Assembly (NCBI GenBank): GCA_032718475.1 | Contig: JAUCBJ010005283.1 | Location: 1 to 34,043, forward strand | Source: Nemertoderma westbladi | Taxonomy: Eukaryota > Animalia > Xenacoelomorpha | DNA: 34,043 bases | Direction of reading: 5' to 3' | Shown here: in pieces, positions 11,101 through 20,919 of the stretch | Numbering within the stretch: the first letter of the stretch is position 1 | Layout of the letters: the number at the start of each line of letters is the position of its first letter | Position numbers and translations under genes: made by a program | Notes under the pieces: model-generated | What the model was told of the DNA's origin: nothing | Database searches by the model: none | What the model saw: the letters and a program-made list of their open reading frames with translations, nothing else

Positions 11101-11331
11101 TATCAAGGGATTTACATTGAGGAGCTGTGTAACTGCATCGATAATATGGCGATGAGACATGATTTGATATCAATTCTGACTGAAGTAAATCTGAAAATTT
11201 CTAACAGAGCTTTTTCGGATCTACCAAAACAGATCCCTCTTGTAAAAACCACTTTGTCAAAACAAGTGTATTTATACAAGCATGATCAAGGGCGACCATT
11301 GACTACAAAGGAAATAGGAGGGAAAAATTGA
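8194..11331 (+). CDS. Tandem caspase protein: caspase (C14) domain - WD40 beta-propeller - acidic/His-rich linker - catalytically dead caspase domain; 1045 aa, no intron in this ORF
   Basis: N-domain (aa ~1-242): ICLIVN, FVFLMSHG (H98), KPRIFFVEACQ (C143), GSLFISTVC, LLQNLYF. WD40 blades, e.g. HQGLITSCALSQSNNRVAGCSQNGGVVIWD, HDNGGVFDIAYSPDGRKLVSCADKWLTIWN, LLCVRWTPDGRYIIT. C-domain (aa ~783-1028): YDMDKFPHGFCLIINNHNF, FVCFVMTHG (H872), CPQLARKPKIFFLDAGM (G915 in place of Cys), DLLIAHSTSPGHVSY, KQIP, TLSKQVYL. A 3.1-kb stop-free frame in AT-rich DNA. An upstream exon spliced at TAG 8182-8184 cannot be excluded. Confidence 0.9.
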   Translation: MEYLEHPYRITRNGRKICLIVNITKYLKTTDDRSKGSIPDVEHVKKVFGDQLHCEIVEFKPENNGFITRDHLVSGMTSFRNNDCLKDIECLFVFLMSHGRRGLLTCSDQEQVPIRAIINLFSNDCLSLRLPVAKPRIFFVEACQSNVGNYDEVDMDINGLKFNHIALAMGCSPGETLPLYNDQGSLFISTVCETISYMIQNHKRGEIKTLFAKLKSEPLLYGQEGQVMNPRVTDNLLQNLYFINFVQSVSKFRIDSLCEVHFNGAEKYLKCGINGIGIFEKSTEDVLQLPIPSHQGLITSCALSQSNNRVAGCSQNGGVVIWDIGCYPPTILYDITHSQINMNMENENLINQPVLTPRRAVFNPTNDSIIATSHIDGSCTIIHLAGQHFLHMTWRLHDNGGVFDIAYSPDGRKLVSCADKWLTIWNMEGVPMALPKKIASSFFATTSLLCVRWTPDGRYIITISEGEFTVYCYDIERKEIVWKKPIDATRIAIHEFGDILAVGGSLGIYLLKTATGEQLRKVSEEENAALSGLEFLRGNLLIGWSIGVVLEYNMETLFLKNEKNPQDILYLQSDSFKGYSSHLNGQDSEFKSNQGGYTYADKYVVKNDTVKVYSTHPDQHDSESFKNSHAHDDEHINETNIVKAYHACNDEHSDECDFAKEYPILDNDHYAGRGNGTECLTQDDDGCQKQHRHRPIWINHMPPKISLRALPKLNQPEINLHKQMFYETTREVFKYMAPADPYIESEHKTKYSREIIGLQENSNLPDSYDHGADQHLQFNVQEYDMDKFPHGFCLIINNHNFTSLSPDGVILEDIVGSDENVARIDNTFKKLGYRVMRHNDLTAHDLDKVLYSVSKDPTLKDCNSFVCFVMTHGRDEFLYGCDGIPIEIRQVTSHFNSLLCPQLARKPKIFFLDAGMVSALIPAMTRVDKDLFKITQRLEERPSRREESQHVGDESDLLIAHSTSPGHVSYQGIYIEELCNCIDNMAMRHDLISILTEVNLKISNRAFSDLPKQIPLVKTTLSKQVYLYKHDQGRPLTTKEIGGKN

Positions 11332-11607
11332 GGCAAATCCCCCCGACCCGCATTGTGCGTCTCATGGTCGCGCCCATTCATGATATCCTTCATGATATTA
11401 TAGACAACATGATTGGATTAATGCTTATTGTACGGCGACATAATGCTTTATGTATAATGAATTATGTTAAATGGATGATACGATGGCATATTCCTTAATA
11501 TTAATTGGAAGAGTCGGAATGATCGTAGATTTATATATATTTATATTTTATTTATATATTATTTATATATATTCGGTCTATTTATATTATTTTACGACTT
11601 TTTGCGA

Positions 11608-11613
11608 AATAAA
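11608..11613 (+). promoter_or_regulatory. Candidate polyadenylation signal of the tandem caspase gene
   Basis: AATAAA ~280 nt downstream of the stop, after an AT-rich 3' UTR-like stretch and followed by TGT-rich sequence. Confidence 0.4.
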
Positions 11614-12379
11614 CTATTGTGCATAATTATTGTGCAAGCCACAAAGTTCACGTATTCTTATCGAACTGGTATTGTTCGGGGAGGGCGGGTTAATTTTTGT
11701 AAATAATTGTAGTTATTGTCGATATGGTCGTTGTCAATTTTCACTGTCGTTACGATTTTGACATGCTAAGAAGTTTGTGATAAGTGGAATTTGTGACAAC
11801 ACCCAAAAATGGTCTCAGCCTCAGTAAAATAAAAAACAGCAGACCAGTAAAAAATGACTGCAAAGAAATTTAATAACAATAAATCGCAGACCTAAAAGTA
11901 ATTCTGCCAAGTTTCTGCTCAACATTTTGCAGGCAAATCGCAGGAAAACAGTCAAAGTCTGGAGACAACTCACAAATGTCGGGCCAACACTCAAATCATG
12001 TAAAACAAGTGTTCTACAATAAAGTTCTTCAGATAACGTGTATAGGCGATGCCTACACAACACAGTGTTGTATGTAGTTCTGTTCTTTAGTGCTGCATTG
12101 TCCAGTGTCAGCAGAGTGTATACTTTGCGAGCTTTGCATGTTTCAACCCTGTTTCAACCGCTGTCTGCATGTTGGTCTATCCGTCGCCGAATGTTTAAAT
12201 TTTAATAACAATTTCGAATGGAATTCTGAAAATAATAACTCAGAAAAAGGAAAATTTGTTTTACGTTTTTACGATTACATAATTACATGATTTTGAGTGT
12301 TGTTCTGACATTTGAAGTTTGTCCCCAGCCGTTTGCCTGTCGAAGCTTGGCAGAAATTACTATTAAGTCTGCGATCTTG

Positions 12380-13060
12380 ATTACAAACTGGTCAGATAAC
12401 TTAGTATATGAAAATACGATTGCAAATATAATCGAAAGTTCTATTGAGAAAAATTTAAAGATTAATCCTAAGAAGTCAGAGGAGCTTTGCTTCATACCTC
12501 GAAACTTACAAAAGGAGCTACTGCTTGATATTTCTGCATCACGTATTGTAATTGATGGTAAATGTGTTCCACGTCCCACAGCGGTAAAATATTTAGGTGT
12601 ATTTATTTCCCAAGATTTATCGTGGAACCAGCATGTCAATCATGTTGTTCATAAAGCTAATTACTCAGTGCGACAATTTAGCTTTATAGTTCGATTTTTA
12701 ACTGAGAGAACGGCTATATTCATTTTTAACACATATATTTTACCGATTTATACATACTGTGCTGTTGCCTGGGTACCGAATATTACTGAAAAGCTGCGGA
12801 AAAAATTACGTAGGCCGATTTCACTATTTGCCAAACATTCAAAAGTTAATAAACAGATGCTTTTGATATTGTAAATGGTTGTTATAAAGGTATTTTTAAG
12901 AAAATGGTCGATAAAATTATAGATTCAAAAGATCATCCGTTGCATAAATCGTTGTTAGCACATACCTCTAGAAATGTCTCAACTAGGAACAATTTTGCCA
13001 TATCTTACTGTCGTACTCACAATTATAGAAACTCTTTTATACCAACTGCACTGCGTTTTC
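12380..13060 (+). mobile_element. 5'-truncated CR1/L2/Rex-group LINE remnant (RT C-terminus)
   Basis: LKINPKKSEEL, VKYLGVFISQDLSWNQHV, ILPIYTYCAVAW. After a frameshift: DHPLHK (~12931) and RTHNYRNSFIPTALR (~13012-13056), a C-terminal motif typical of this LINE group. Confidence 0.85.
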
Positions 13061-14464
13061 TATCTTTTCGGCCATAGTACCTTGTTTTACTTTGATTATC
13101 TTTTTTTTAGAAAATACCGTTTTCATTTTTATTTGACTAGTATAATTCTAATTTTTGTAATATCTGCATCATTATATGAACTCATTTCCTGCCATATATA
13201 TAGTTTTTATATATCTGCCTTATATGAACTGTCCCAACTTGTTGAATATCATAGTACTTAATGATTGGTTCGATGTTAGCTTTTAAAGTGTGCATATTTT
13301 AATATTTTGAAATTTTTAATCGATCACGGTATTAGAACTTAATCTACATAGCGTATTTTGTAATCACATACATTTCTTTTTACTTTAATTGCTTGATGTG
13401 TATTAATAATATTCCTCTTTATATATCCATATACGGGAATAAAAGCCAATATTAATAATAATAATAATCTACTGTTATTCACATTGTTTGTTTTGTGTGT
13501 TTTGTCACAAATTTCAACTATCATCCTGTTAAAAATTGAATACTCCATCTGAAGTTCATAAGTCTTCCTATAGAGAGCGAAATATCTTAAAGTGAAAACT
13601 GACTCCCATACCATCATGTTCATGTACGATTGACCTTTGGCAGATATGTATAGACTCCTTGCTGCGTCTTTGTGTGGGAACGCCGTTCAATCTTCAGTTA
13701 TAAAATTTGCTGCTGGAGGACGAAATGTCTGAATTAAAAACCTTCCCCGATTTCATATTATTGTTTATAATCCTTTATTCTTGTTTGCTACATGGCCCAT
13801 ATACTCTAGCTAGACACCAGTTTGAGGAGCTTATATTTTGCTTATAATACTTCGGAGGTGATATTTATTTAAAATATATTTATCTTATCTTATCTCTTTA
13901 TCTTTATGTAAGACTACGAGTCTATCACTTGTGAGTTACTCGCAATTCACAGTATTACGCATTTATATTTTATACATATTTATTTATTCACCTTTTCACA
14001 CGGCCCAAGAGATGGTCGCGGAAAAGTAAACATTTCCGAAGTTGGTAAGGTTCTCTTCATTTATATTCTACGGAAGTTGGTAAGGTTCAAATCATGTTTT
14101 GGTCCTTAGTTCTATTCTGTTTTGTTAACAAAGTTTACTAAAAGTAAACGTTTTGGCATTTTTAACTCTTAATTTCATTTTTAATTCACTATATAAAATA
14201 ATATATGAATATAAATTAAAGAATCAGGAAGTTATAGAGGCGAGTTTTTCAAACAAAAACAATAATCAATTTCTTTAAAAAATGAATGGAAAGAAATATG
14301 GTACAGCTAAATATGCGGGCTTTTCTGACAAAAAGTAAAAATTAAAAAGAAAACTAATTACAAACTATAGTAATGAGGATTATCGGTTTGCACTAAGTCA
14401 GATAGCAACATAGCGCCCCATATGTCACGGCCAGCCATAAACTTTCCTAAGTCATCCATGCTGT

Positions 14465-15000
14465 GACAGCACACAATGTTCTGTACAAGTTGATCCTGCC
14501 AGCGGAATCAGTACCAAGCACGGCGTCATCCCTGCAGGGTGGCGCTGGTTCTTGGCAATTCGATTTTGCCATAGTTGAATACTATTCAATAGCTTATGTG
14601 TGCATCATATCCAATTATGTGCAACCTGCTCAGCATCAAGGTATACAGTATGTACCATCCAGAGACCTGGTGTTTTCAGCAATTAGACCCCAGCTTGGGC
14701 TCCCATAGAGCAGCTCAGGCAGATCATCAGCACGGAAAATACCTTAAGAGAATGACATCATATCACAACTCCTTAAGATTCTCGATAACTGGCAGATGGT
14801 AGACCACTGAGACAAGGCTTCCCCAATGCGATTTCGCCACCCATCCAACCCTTTAGCCAAGATAGCAGAGGTCATTCATATTAGATTTCTGCAGAAGTCC
14901 ATCCAGCGATTGAATGTTATCACGACCAATTTTGTCTGCTCATCTGGGTCCGTGTTTACTGTCGGATCCGTAAGTGATTCATTTAAGAGCAGCGTGGACA
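14465..15000 (-). mobile_element. Old, highly degenerate RTE relic related to family A
   Basis: Minus-strand pieces DGLLQKSNMNDLCYLG, LLYGSPSWGLIAENTRSLDGTY, LMLSRLHIIGYDAHIS and FRWQDQLVQNIV align in order with copy 1 DGMLEHVDDFCYLG, LLYGSPCWALTAEDTKSLDGTF, RMLRRVHCVKYNAHIS and FRREDQPVHNLV. Not represented in the ORF track. Confidence 0.8.
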
Positions 15001-15514
15001 CATGGACGATATCTGTGCGAGAAGGGATTACGTACAGAGACAATTGGTAAGTCATCCTCGGTGTTTGCTGACATTATCTTATTTTATTGGTCTTTGTTTC
15101 GAATCACATTGATTTCGTCATATTTGTATAGTGAGTGATTACAATTATTCAACCAAAGTCATGTCTATATTTAATTGTGACGCGGTGACATACTGGGCAT
15201 AGAAAGCAATTGTGTGGCGTAACTGTGAAACTGAGAATTAATATCGCACTGCGATATAAAGTTGGGAAAATGTTGCACTGCGTGATTTGGTAGTGCAAAA
15301 CAAATTCCACAGAAATAAATATAAAGAATAGTATTAGCTTGTTATTTTATCGGCGCGACTTATATAGGGCGGGTCGAGTAAATCCATTGTCGAGCACCCA
15401 TGCGGCACCCCCTAAGAAACATGAGGGACAATCAAATGGTGAGGAAAATGTTGTCATTGTATACAAAGGTTAAAGCTGACCGGGCAGTGACGTGAAAAAA
15501 TTATCGTGGTATAA

Positions 15515-15549
15515 GGTTATATTTCGACCACAGGCCTTTATTCAAACCC
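15515..15549 (-). ncRNA. Minimal hammerhead-ribozyme-like motif in the Penelope terminal repeat (non-canonical core)
   Basis: Minus strand GGTT-TGAATAAA-GGCC-TGT-GGTC-GAAA-TAT-AACC gives stem I GGTT/AACC, stem II GGCC/GGTC and GAAA. The CUGANGA core is degenerate. PLE pseudo-LTRs are known to carry minimal hammerheads. Confidence 0.45.
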
Positions 15550-16611
15550 AAACTGCCTGACTAGAGATAAAAATTAGGGCTAAATACAGAAGTGCAGAAT
15601 AGGGAACAAATATAAAATAATTATAAAGTTTAAATTTGCCGCCAAATATAATATATACAGTAATAATACCATCCTTTATCATAGGGTTGAGGATACTGTG
15701 TGTTTATGGTGGGGCGTAGTAGCTGAATATATGTTTTTTCTTTGAGTTTCCGATCTGCCCAATCCTTCCCTCGGGCAAGAATACTGGCTCGAAAAGGATG
15801 GGGGTGGTTGGTGTTATGTGGGTGTTTGTCTCTGTAATGGGGGTTTACATTGGTGTTGTTGGTGCCGGTTTGGGAGGTGCAGTTATGTTGGGTTTGTGTG
15901 GTGTGGGGGAGGAGGGTGGGGACTGATGGGTGGGGGTTTCCGGGTTTGATTTTTCGGATGGCATTCGAGTGCTGAGAGATCCGTCCCCTGGCTGGGCCGC
16001 AGGTTTCTCCTACGTAGTCATCGGTACACAAGTTATACTTTAAGTGGTAGATGATGTTCTTTATCGTGCAAGTCTTGATCCCATTATTACATGTATAGCA
16101 ACGGACACTCTGTGGGGCTGGGCATTTGGCCGATCTAATAAGTATGTCGCGAAGTTTCGGGCTTGAGGTGGGCACGACCCTAGTTCGGTTCCCGAGTGTG
16201 GATGCTCGTACCGCGGCCTATTTTTGGGTCTCTCCTTTTTACGTGGGTGGAGTGCTTGTTGTGTTAGTTTGGTGATAGTTTCTTTCGGCCATTCATTCCG
16301 CGCTAGGATATGTTGTACTTTGAGAATGCTTCTATTGCGCCCTTCCTTTGTATTGGAGTTCCTAATGGCTCTGTTAATAAAATTTCGCTCTGTACTGTAT
16401 AAGGTAGTGGAGGGATGGCGGCTGTTGAAATTAATGGTTACTTCGGCACTAGCTGGTTTTATATATAGTTCACAGTTAATTGTGCCTTCATTACTGATCG
16501 ATGTCCAGACATCGAGGAATGCCAGGCCGTCGTCATAGGATTTGTCTACGGTATATTTAATAGTTCGGTGGCGGCTGTTGAGGTAGTCCATAAACTGCTT
16601 CCTATAAATTG

Positions 16612-16712
16612 TAAGTATATAAATAAAATAGTATATAATACTTAATATAAATAATTATAAATAATAATAATAATAATATAACTATATAATAACTATAATA
16701 ATAAATAATTAA
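16612..16712. repeat. AT-rich low-complexity / (AAT)n microsatellite
   Basis: ATAATAATAATAATAATATA-type runs between the PLE ORF and its inverted terminal copy. Confidence 0.8.
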
Positions 16713-17079
16713 TTGCTTAATAAAGGCCTGTTAATGTAACCTATATAACCTTATACCACAATAATTTTTTCACTCACTGCACGGTCAGCTTTACCCTTTT
16801 GTATACAAATACAGCAACAGTGACAGGGGCACACACATACTTAAAAAATGTTGTCAAATTTTCGTGATCCTGTGCCTTCTGTTGCTATGGCGATGTTGAT
16901 ATAAGTTTGTTGCGAATTGTTGCGACGCATTCCATCCTACAGTTGTGAATACCACTTATTTCGGATTCACCAAAAAATCTTTTATGATTCCTTTTACATG
17001 GATAGCTACTGTAGCTGTTTACACATGACTACAAAGGGCAGCACTAAATATCAGTTGGGGAAAACATTTTGTAAAAGCT

Positions 17080-17310
17080 ATATCGTCCAATATCACCTGT
17101 ATCAACCACTCACGGTGAACAAAGATTAAGATTCAGTGGGCCCTTTTGGAGAAATAAAAATGAGGTCATACCAGATGTACTTTTTTGGCAACCAACACAA
17201 AAGGAAAGCCAACAAAAGATATACTGGACTTGTGAGAAAAGAAATTGCGACAACCTAAAACAATAAGGGGGAATCTGATGAACCGCATCTGCACTGTCAA
17301 CTCGTCACCT
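17080..17310 (+). mobile_element. Short degenerate 3' fragment of RTE family B
   Basis: CACCTGTATCAACCAC...AGATTAAGAT(T/C)CAGTGGGC...GAGGTCATACCAGAT...TGGCAACCAAC...GAAATTGCGACAAC matches 22457-22652 in order, with an internal deletion. Confidence 0.85.
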
Positions 17311-17339
17311 TCACGGCATATACATTTTTGGGTTCTAAG

Positions 17340-17462
17340 TCACTTCCCCCCGGATACCCCCCCACCCCCCACCCCAACGGGCTGTTCCCCTCGTCAAAGT
17401 GAGACACTTCCCCCGGATACTTCCCACCAGACACCACCCCCCCCCCCGGACACTTCCCCCCA
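17340..17462. repeat. Clustered (GA)CACTTCCCCCCGGA-type repeats, probable subterminal repeats of a DNA transposon/MITE
   Basis: Motif recurs at ~17341, ~17403, ~17417 and ~17448. A GGGGGCTGCCGCCCCC hairpin lies at ~17618-17634. No matching other end identified. Confidence 0.5.
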
Positions 17463-17769
17463 GTTAAAATGTCAAAATTAATCTTGCATCAAAGCAATAA
17501 AAAAGTCACCCATCTTAGCAGCCATACAAGTTGTATCTTGTCATAGTCAAGTTTTTTCAAAATTATAAAAGAAACAATTTTATAGTCAAATTTTGATTGT
17601 TTTTGATTGATTATTGAGGGGGCTGCCGCCCCCAAACCCCGCTTTTCCTTGTGTGACCGTGGTAAAAGACTTTAAAACTATTTTGCAATAATTAATTCAT
17701 GTTTGTATCATCAGATAATAAATCTAAGCCAAAAGTAGGAACTGCATTGAATGCATATACTGTATATAT

Positions 17770-18685
17770 ACTGGTATGGTAATGTTGGACCTACAAAAGG
17801 CTTTCGATACTGTAGATCATGAAATTCTGCTTGGTAAGTTAGGCCTGATGGGTGTAGGTTCTATAGACTGGTTCAAGTCCTACCTGTCAGACAGAGGTCA
17901 AACTGTAGTCATTAGCAAATCGCAGTCTACTGTACAAGAGATTACCTGTGGTGTACCGCAAGGTAGCATATTAGGTCCTCTGCTTTTTGTATGCTATGTA
18001 AATGATATGATAAGTAGTATAGATCCCGATTTTAAACTCATTTTATATGCCGACGACAGTGCTCTTATTTTCTCTCATAAAGATCCTATCCATATTTCCC
18101 AAAAGTTAAGTGCAGTTCTGGAATCCTGTAATGAGTGGTTGGTTGATAATAAGCTATCCATTCACTACGGTAAGACTGAAAGTATTTTGTTTGGTTCCAA
18201 AAGAAAGTTAAAGAAGGTAAATAAGTTTGAAGTCACTAGTAATGGACATAAGATTGAAAATAAAAAGGAAGTTAAATATTTAGGCGCCACATTGGATAAC
18301 TGCTTATCAGGAGAAAGCACAGTGAAAAATATTTTCTCGAAAGTTAACAGTTGGCTTAGGTTTCTATACAGAAATAAAAATAGTTTAAACACCGACTCCC
18401 GCAAGTTACTTTGCTCTTCTTTAATACAGTGCCACATGGATTATGCGTGCTCTTCTTGGTATGAAGGCTTAACCAAACAGCTCAAATGTAAATTACAAGT
18501 AGCTCAGAATAAAGTAGTACGATTTATTAAAGACTACAAACCTAGGCACCACCTAACTCCAGATGACTTTTCTGGATCTGGACTACTTAACTTAGATAGT
18601 AGAGTTAAGCAGCTACGCCTTAACCATGTGCATAAAGTGTATAATGGTAAATGTCCCAATTACCTAAAACAAAAATTCACCCCTC
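17770..18685 (+). mobile_element. CR1/L2-group (Crack-like) LINE RT fragment, truncated at both ends
   Basis: [70 protein letters not shown]. Homology appears to end near CPNYL; the remaining ORF tail is read-through. Confidence 0.92.
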
Positions 18686-19701
18686 TTTGTACAACCCCCA
18701 TTCTGGGGACCGTTATTTCTATCGGTCGGTTTTGGGGTCGATATTGATTCCCTTATAACTTCTTTGTTCTTGGTTTAAATTAAATTACTTTGGCACCAAT
18801 AGACTCAGGAGACCATTTTACGTTTTTCTATTGTTTCAAAATTTATTAACTCTAAAGATTGCTAATTTGTTACTCATGGGTTGAAGTGGGGACCTCAAAC
18901 ATACACATTTCACTGGTGTGTTTAAGTTTTTGTCCAATCACGATCCGGTCCCCAGTGTGATTGAGCACATTTCAGGTAGAGTTTACACAATCATTAACTC
19001 TACCGAATGTTAAACATTAAACAATGTGCTGCTGTGACAGACGATATGTGATTGGATAACAAATAATGTTCTGGAATATTCTTGAGAAATAGAAAGGGTT
19101 CAATGGGAAGCCATAATCTTCAAATCCTTGAATTCGTAACTAACTCGGCAATATGATTTTGATTGCGTACTGAATGTGTGAGGAAATAATACGTAGATTT
19201 CATTTTTGCCACTAATTTTAACTACATATTTTAATATTTTTATTGCTATTTGTGATAATAATCAAAATAACCAATGAACTTGAAATAAATAATTAACTAA
19301 ACCTAAGAAACATTCATTTAATTTCGCAGTATGTAGTGCCTAACATGATGTTCGTAACATTATTACAGTCAGATAATATAGTCAAATCCTTTAATTCTGA
19401 ATTACTTAATATTATATAAGAAGAAAACAATACATGTATTATTTCGTTTCAAAAATTTATATTTTAATAAGCGATTCATTTATTTCGTACTGAATATGGA
19501 GAAAAAATGATGTTGATGTAGATTTCATTTTAGCTACCAATTCATTCCGGGGACGTCCCCGGATTGTAAATCGTCCCCGGTTTGTCGTTGTGTATTCATG
19601 CAATTGTCCCCGGTATGAATCAGGTACAACGTAATCCTGTGTAATCCGTATGTAATGTATATTTTTGAATACATATGATTGCATTGCATGAACATATTAA
19701 A

Positions 19702-20590
19702 GAAGGGGGTGGGGCAGGGTCGTCTGAGTTTAAAGGAGTGAGTGGGGCTGGGTTGTCGGAGGTTGAAGGAGTGGGTGGGGCAGGGTTGTCGGTGGTTGAA
19801 GGAGTGGGTGGGGCAGGGTCGTCTGAGTTGAAAGGAGTGAGTGGGGCAGGGTTGTCGGAAGTTGAAGAAGTTGGTGGGGCAGGGTTGTCGGAGTTTAAAA
19901 GAGTGAGAGGGGCAGGGTTGTCAGAGGTTGAAGGAGTTGGTGGGGCAGGGTTGTCGGAGGTTGAAGGAGTTGGTGGGGCAGGGTTGTCGGAGTTTAAAAG
20001 AGTGAGAGGGGCAGGGTTGTCGGAGGTTGAAGGAGTGGGTGGGGCAGGGTTGTCGGAGGTTGAAGGAGTGGGTGGGGCAGGGTTGTCGGAGGTTGAAGGA
20101 GTGGGTGGGGTAGGGTTGTCGGAGGTTGAAGGAGTGGGTGGGGCAGGGTTGTCGGAGTTTAAAGGAGTGGGTGGGGCAGGGTTGTCGGTGGTTGAAGGAG
20201 TGGGTGGGGTAGGGTCGTCTGAGTTGAAAGGAGTGAGAGGGGCAGGGTTGTCGGAGGTTGAAGGAGTGGGTGGGGTAGTGTTGTCGGAGGTTGAAAGAGT
20301 GGGTGGGGCAGGGTTGTCGGAGTTTAAAGGAGTGGGTGGGGTAGGGTTGTCGGAGGTTGAAGGAGTGGGTGGGGCAGGGTTGTCGGAGTTTAAAGGAGTG
20401 AGTGGGGCAGGGTTGTCGGAGGTTGAAGGAGTGGATAGGGCAGGGTCATTGGAGTTTAAAGGAGGGGGTGGGGCAGGGTCGTCTGAGTTGAAAGGAGTGA
20501 GTGGGGCAGGGTTGTCGGTGGTTGAAGGAGTGGGTAGGGCAGGGTTGTCGGAGGTTGAAGGAGTGGTTGGAGCAGGGTCGTTGGAGGAGG
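19702..20590. repeat. 33-bp G-rich minisatellite, 27 copies
   Basis: Consensus GGAGTGGGTGGGGCAGGGTTGTCGGAGGTTGAA. Two main variants (…GAGGTTGAA / …GAGTTTAAA). No indels, so the period of 33 is kept throughout. Confidence 0.97.
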
Positions 20591-20919
20591 ATAGGGTTTG
20601 GGTGCAAGGTTAACTGCGTCTGTTGTTGTTATGCAAACCATGCGTTCATGGCATGACTTATTTAATACATCAGATTTAACTACCACCAATGTTCTTGATA
20701 TTGTTAAGGACTTTACATGGTACAGGCAGATTGCCGGCAGAACTTGCAGATTGCATCAGTGAGCAACATGTCAGCAATCCGGCAGTAAGTAACTGTGACA
20801 TGGTCTGTGGTGATTCTCATGAAGATAAAAACAATCTATGCAATTCTGATACTTCTGATAATTCTGTTTAATAATAAATGAAATTATACTGATTCGGAAA
20901 ATGTTTCTGGTAATTATGT

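Larger units (their letters stand above)
15457..16808 (-). mobile_element. 5'-truncated Penelope-like element (RT thumb + GIY-YIG endonuclease, frameshifted) with inverted terminal copies
   Basis: 16061-16591: YLNSRHRTIKYTVD, LAFLDV, LYIKP, FNSRHP, RAIRNS, LARNEWP (PLE RT C-terminus). 15630-16175: CYTC, KNIIYHL, YVGET, RISQH, RKLKEKTYIQLLRPTIN (GIY-YIG). ~86-bp inverted repeats at 15457-15542 and 16719-16808. Confidence 0.9.

Noticed and set aside
8194-11650. Caspase gene as a processed retrocopy or bacterial horizontal transfer
   Set aside because: No poly(A) tract or TSD is visible, neighbouring genes are also nearly intronless, and the motifs are animal caspase type rather than metacaspase type.
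14416-15198. Imperfect inverted pair GCCCCATATGTCACGGC / GCGGTGACATACTGGGC as MITE TIRs
   Set aside because: Only 14/17 match, no clear TSD, and the interior is mostly explained by an RTE relic.
19702-20590. CRISPR array
   Set aside because: Units are contiguous with no unique spacers, there are no cas genes, and the context is eukaryotic.
19675-20613. 312-aa Gly-rich ORF (GVGGAGLSEVE)n as a structural protein
   Set aside because: It coincides exactly with a stop-free 33-bp minisatellite and has no signal peptide or unique domain.
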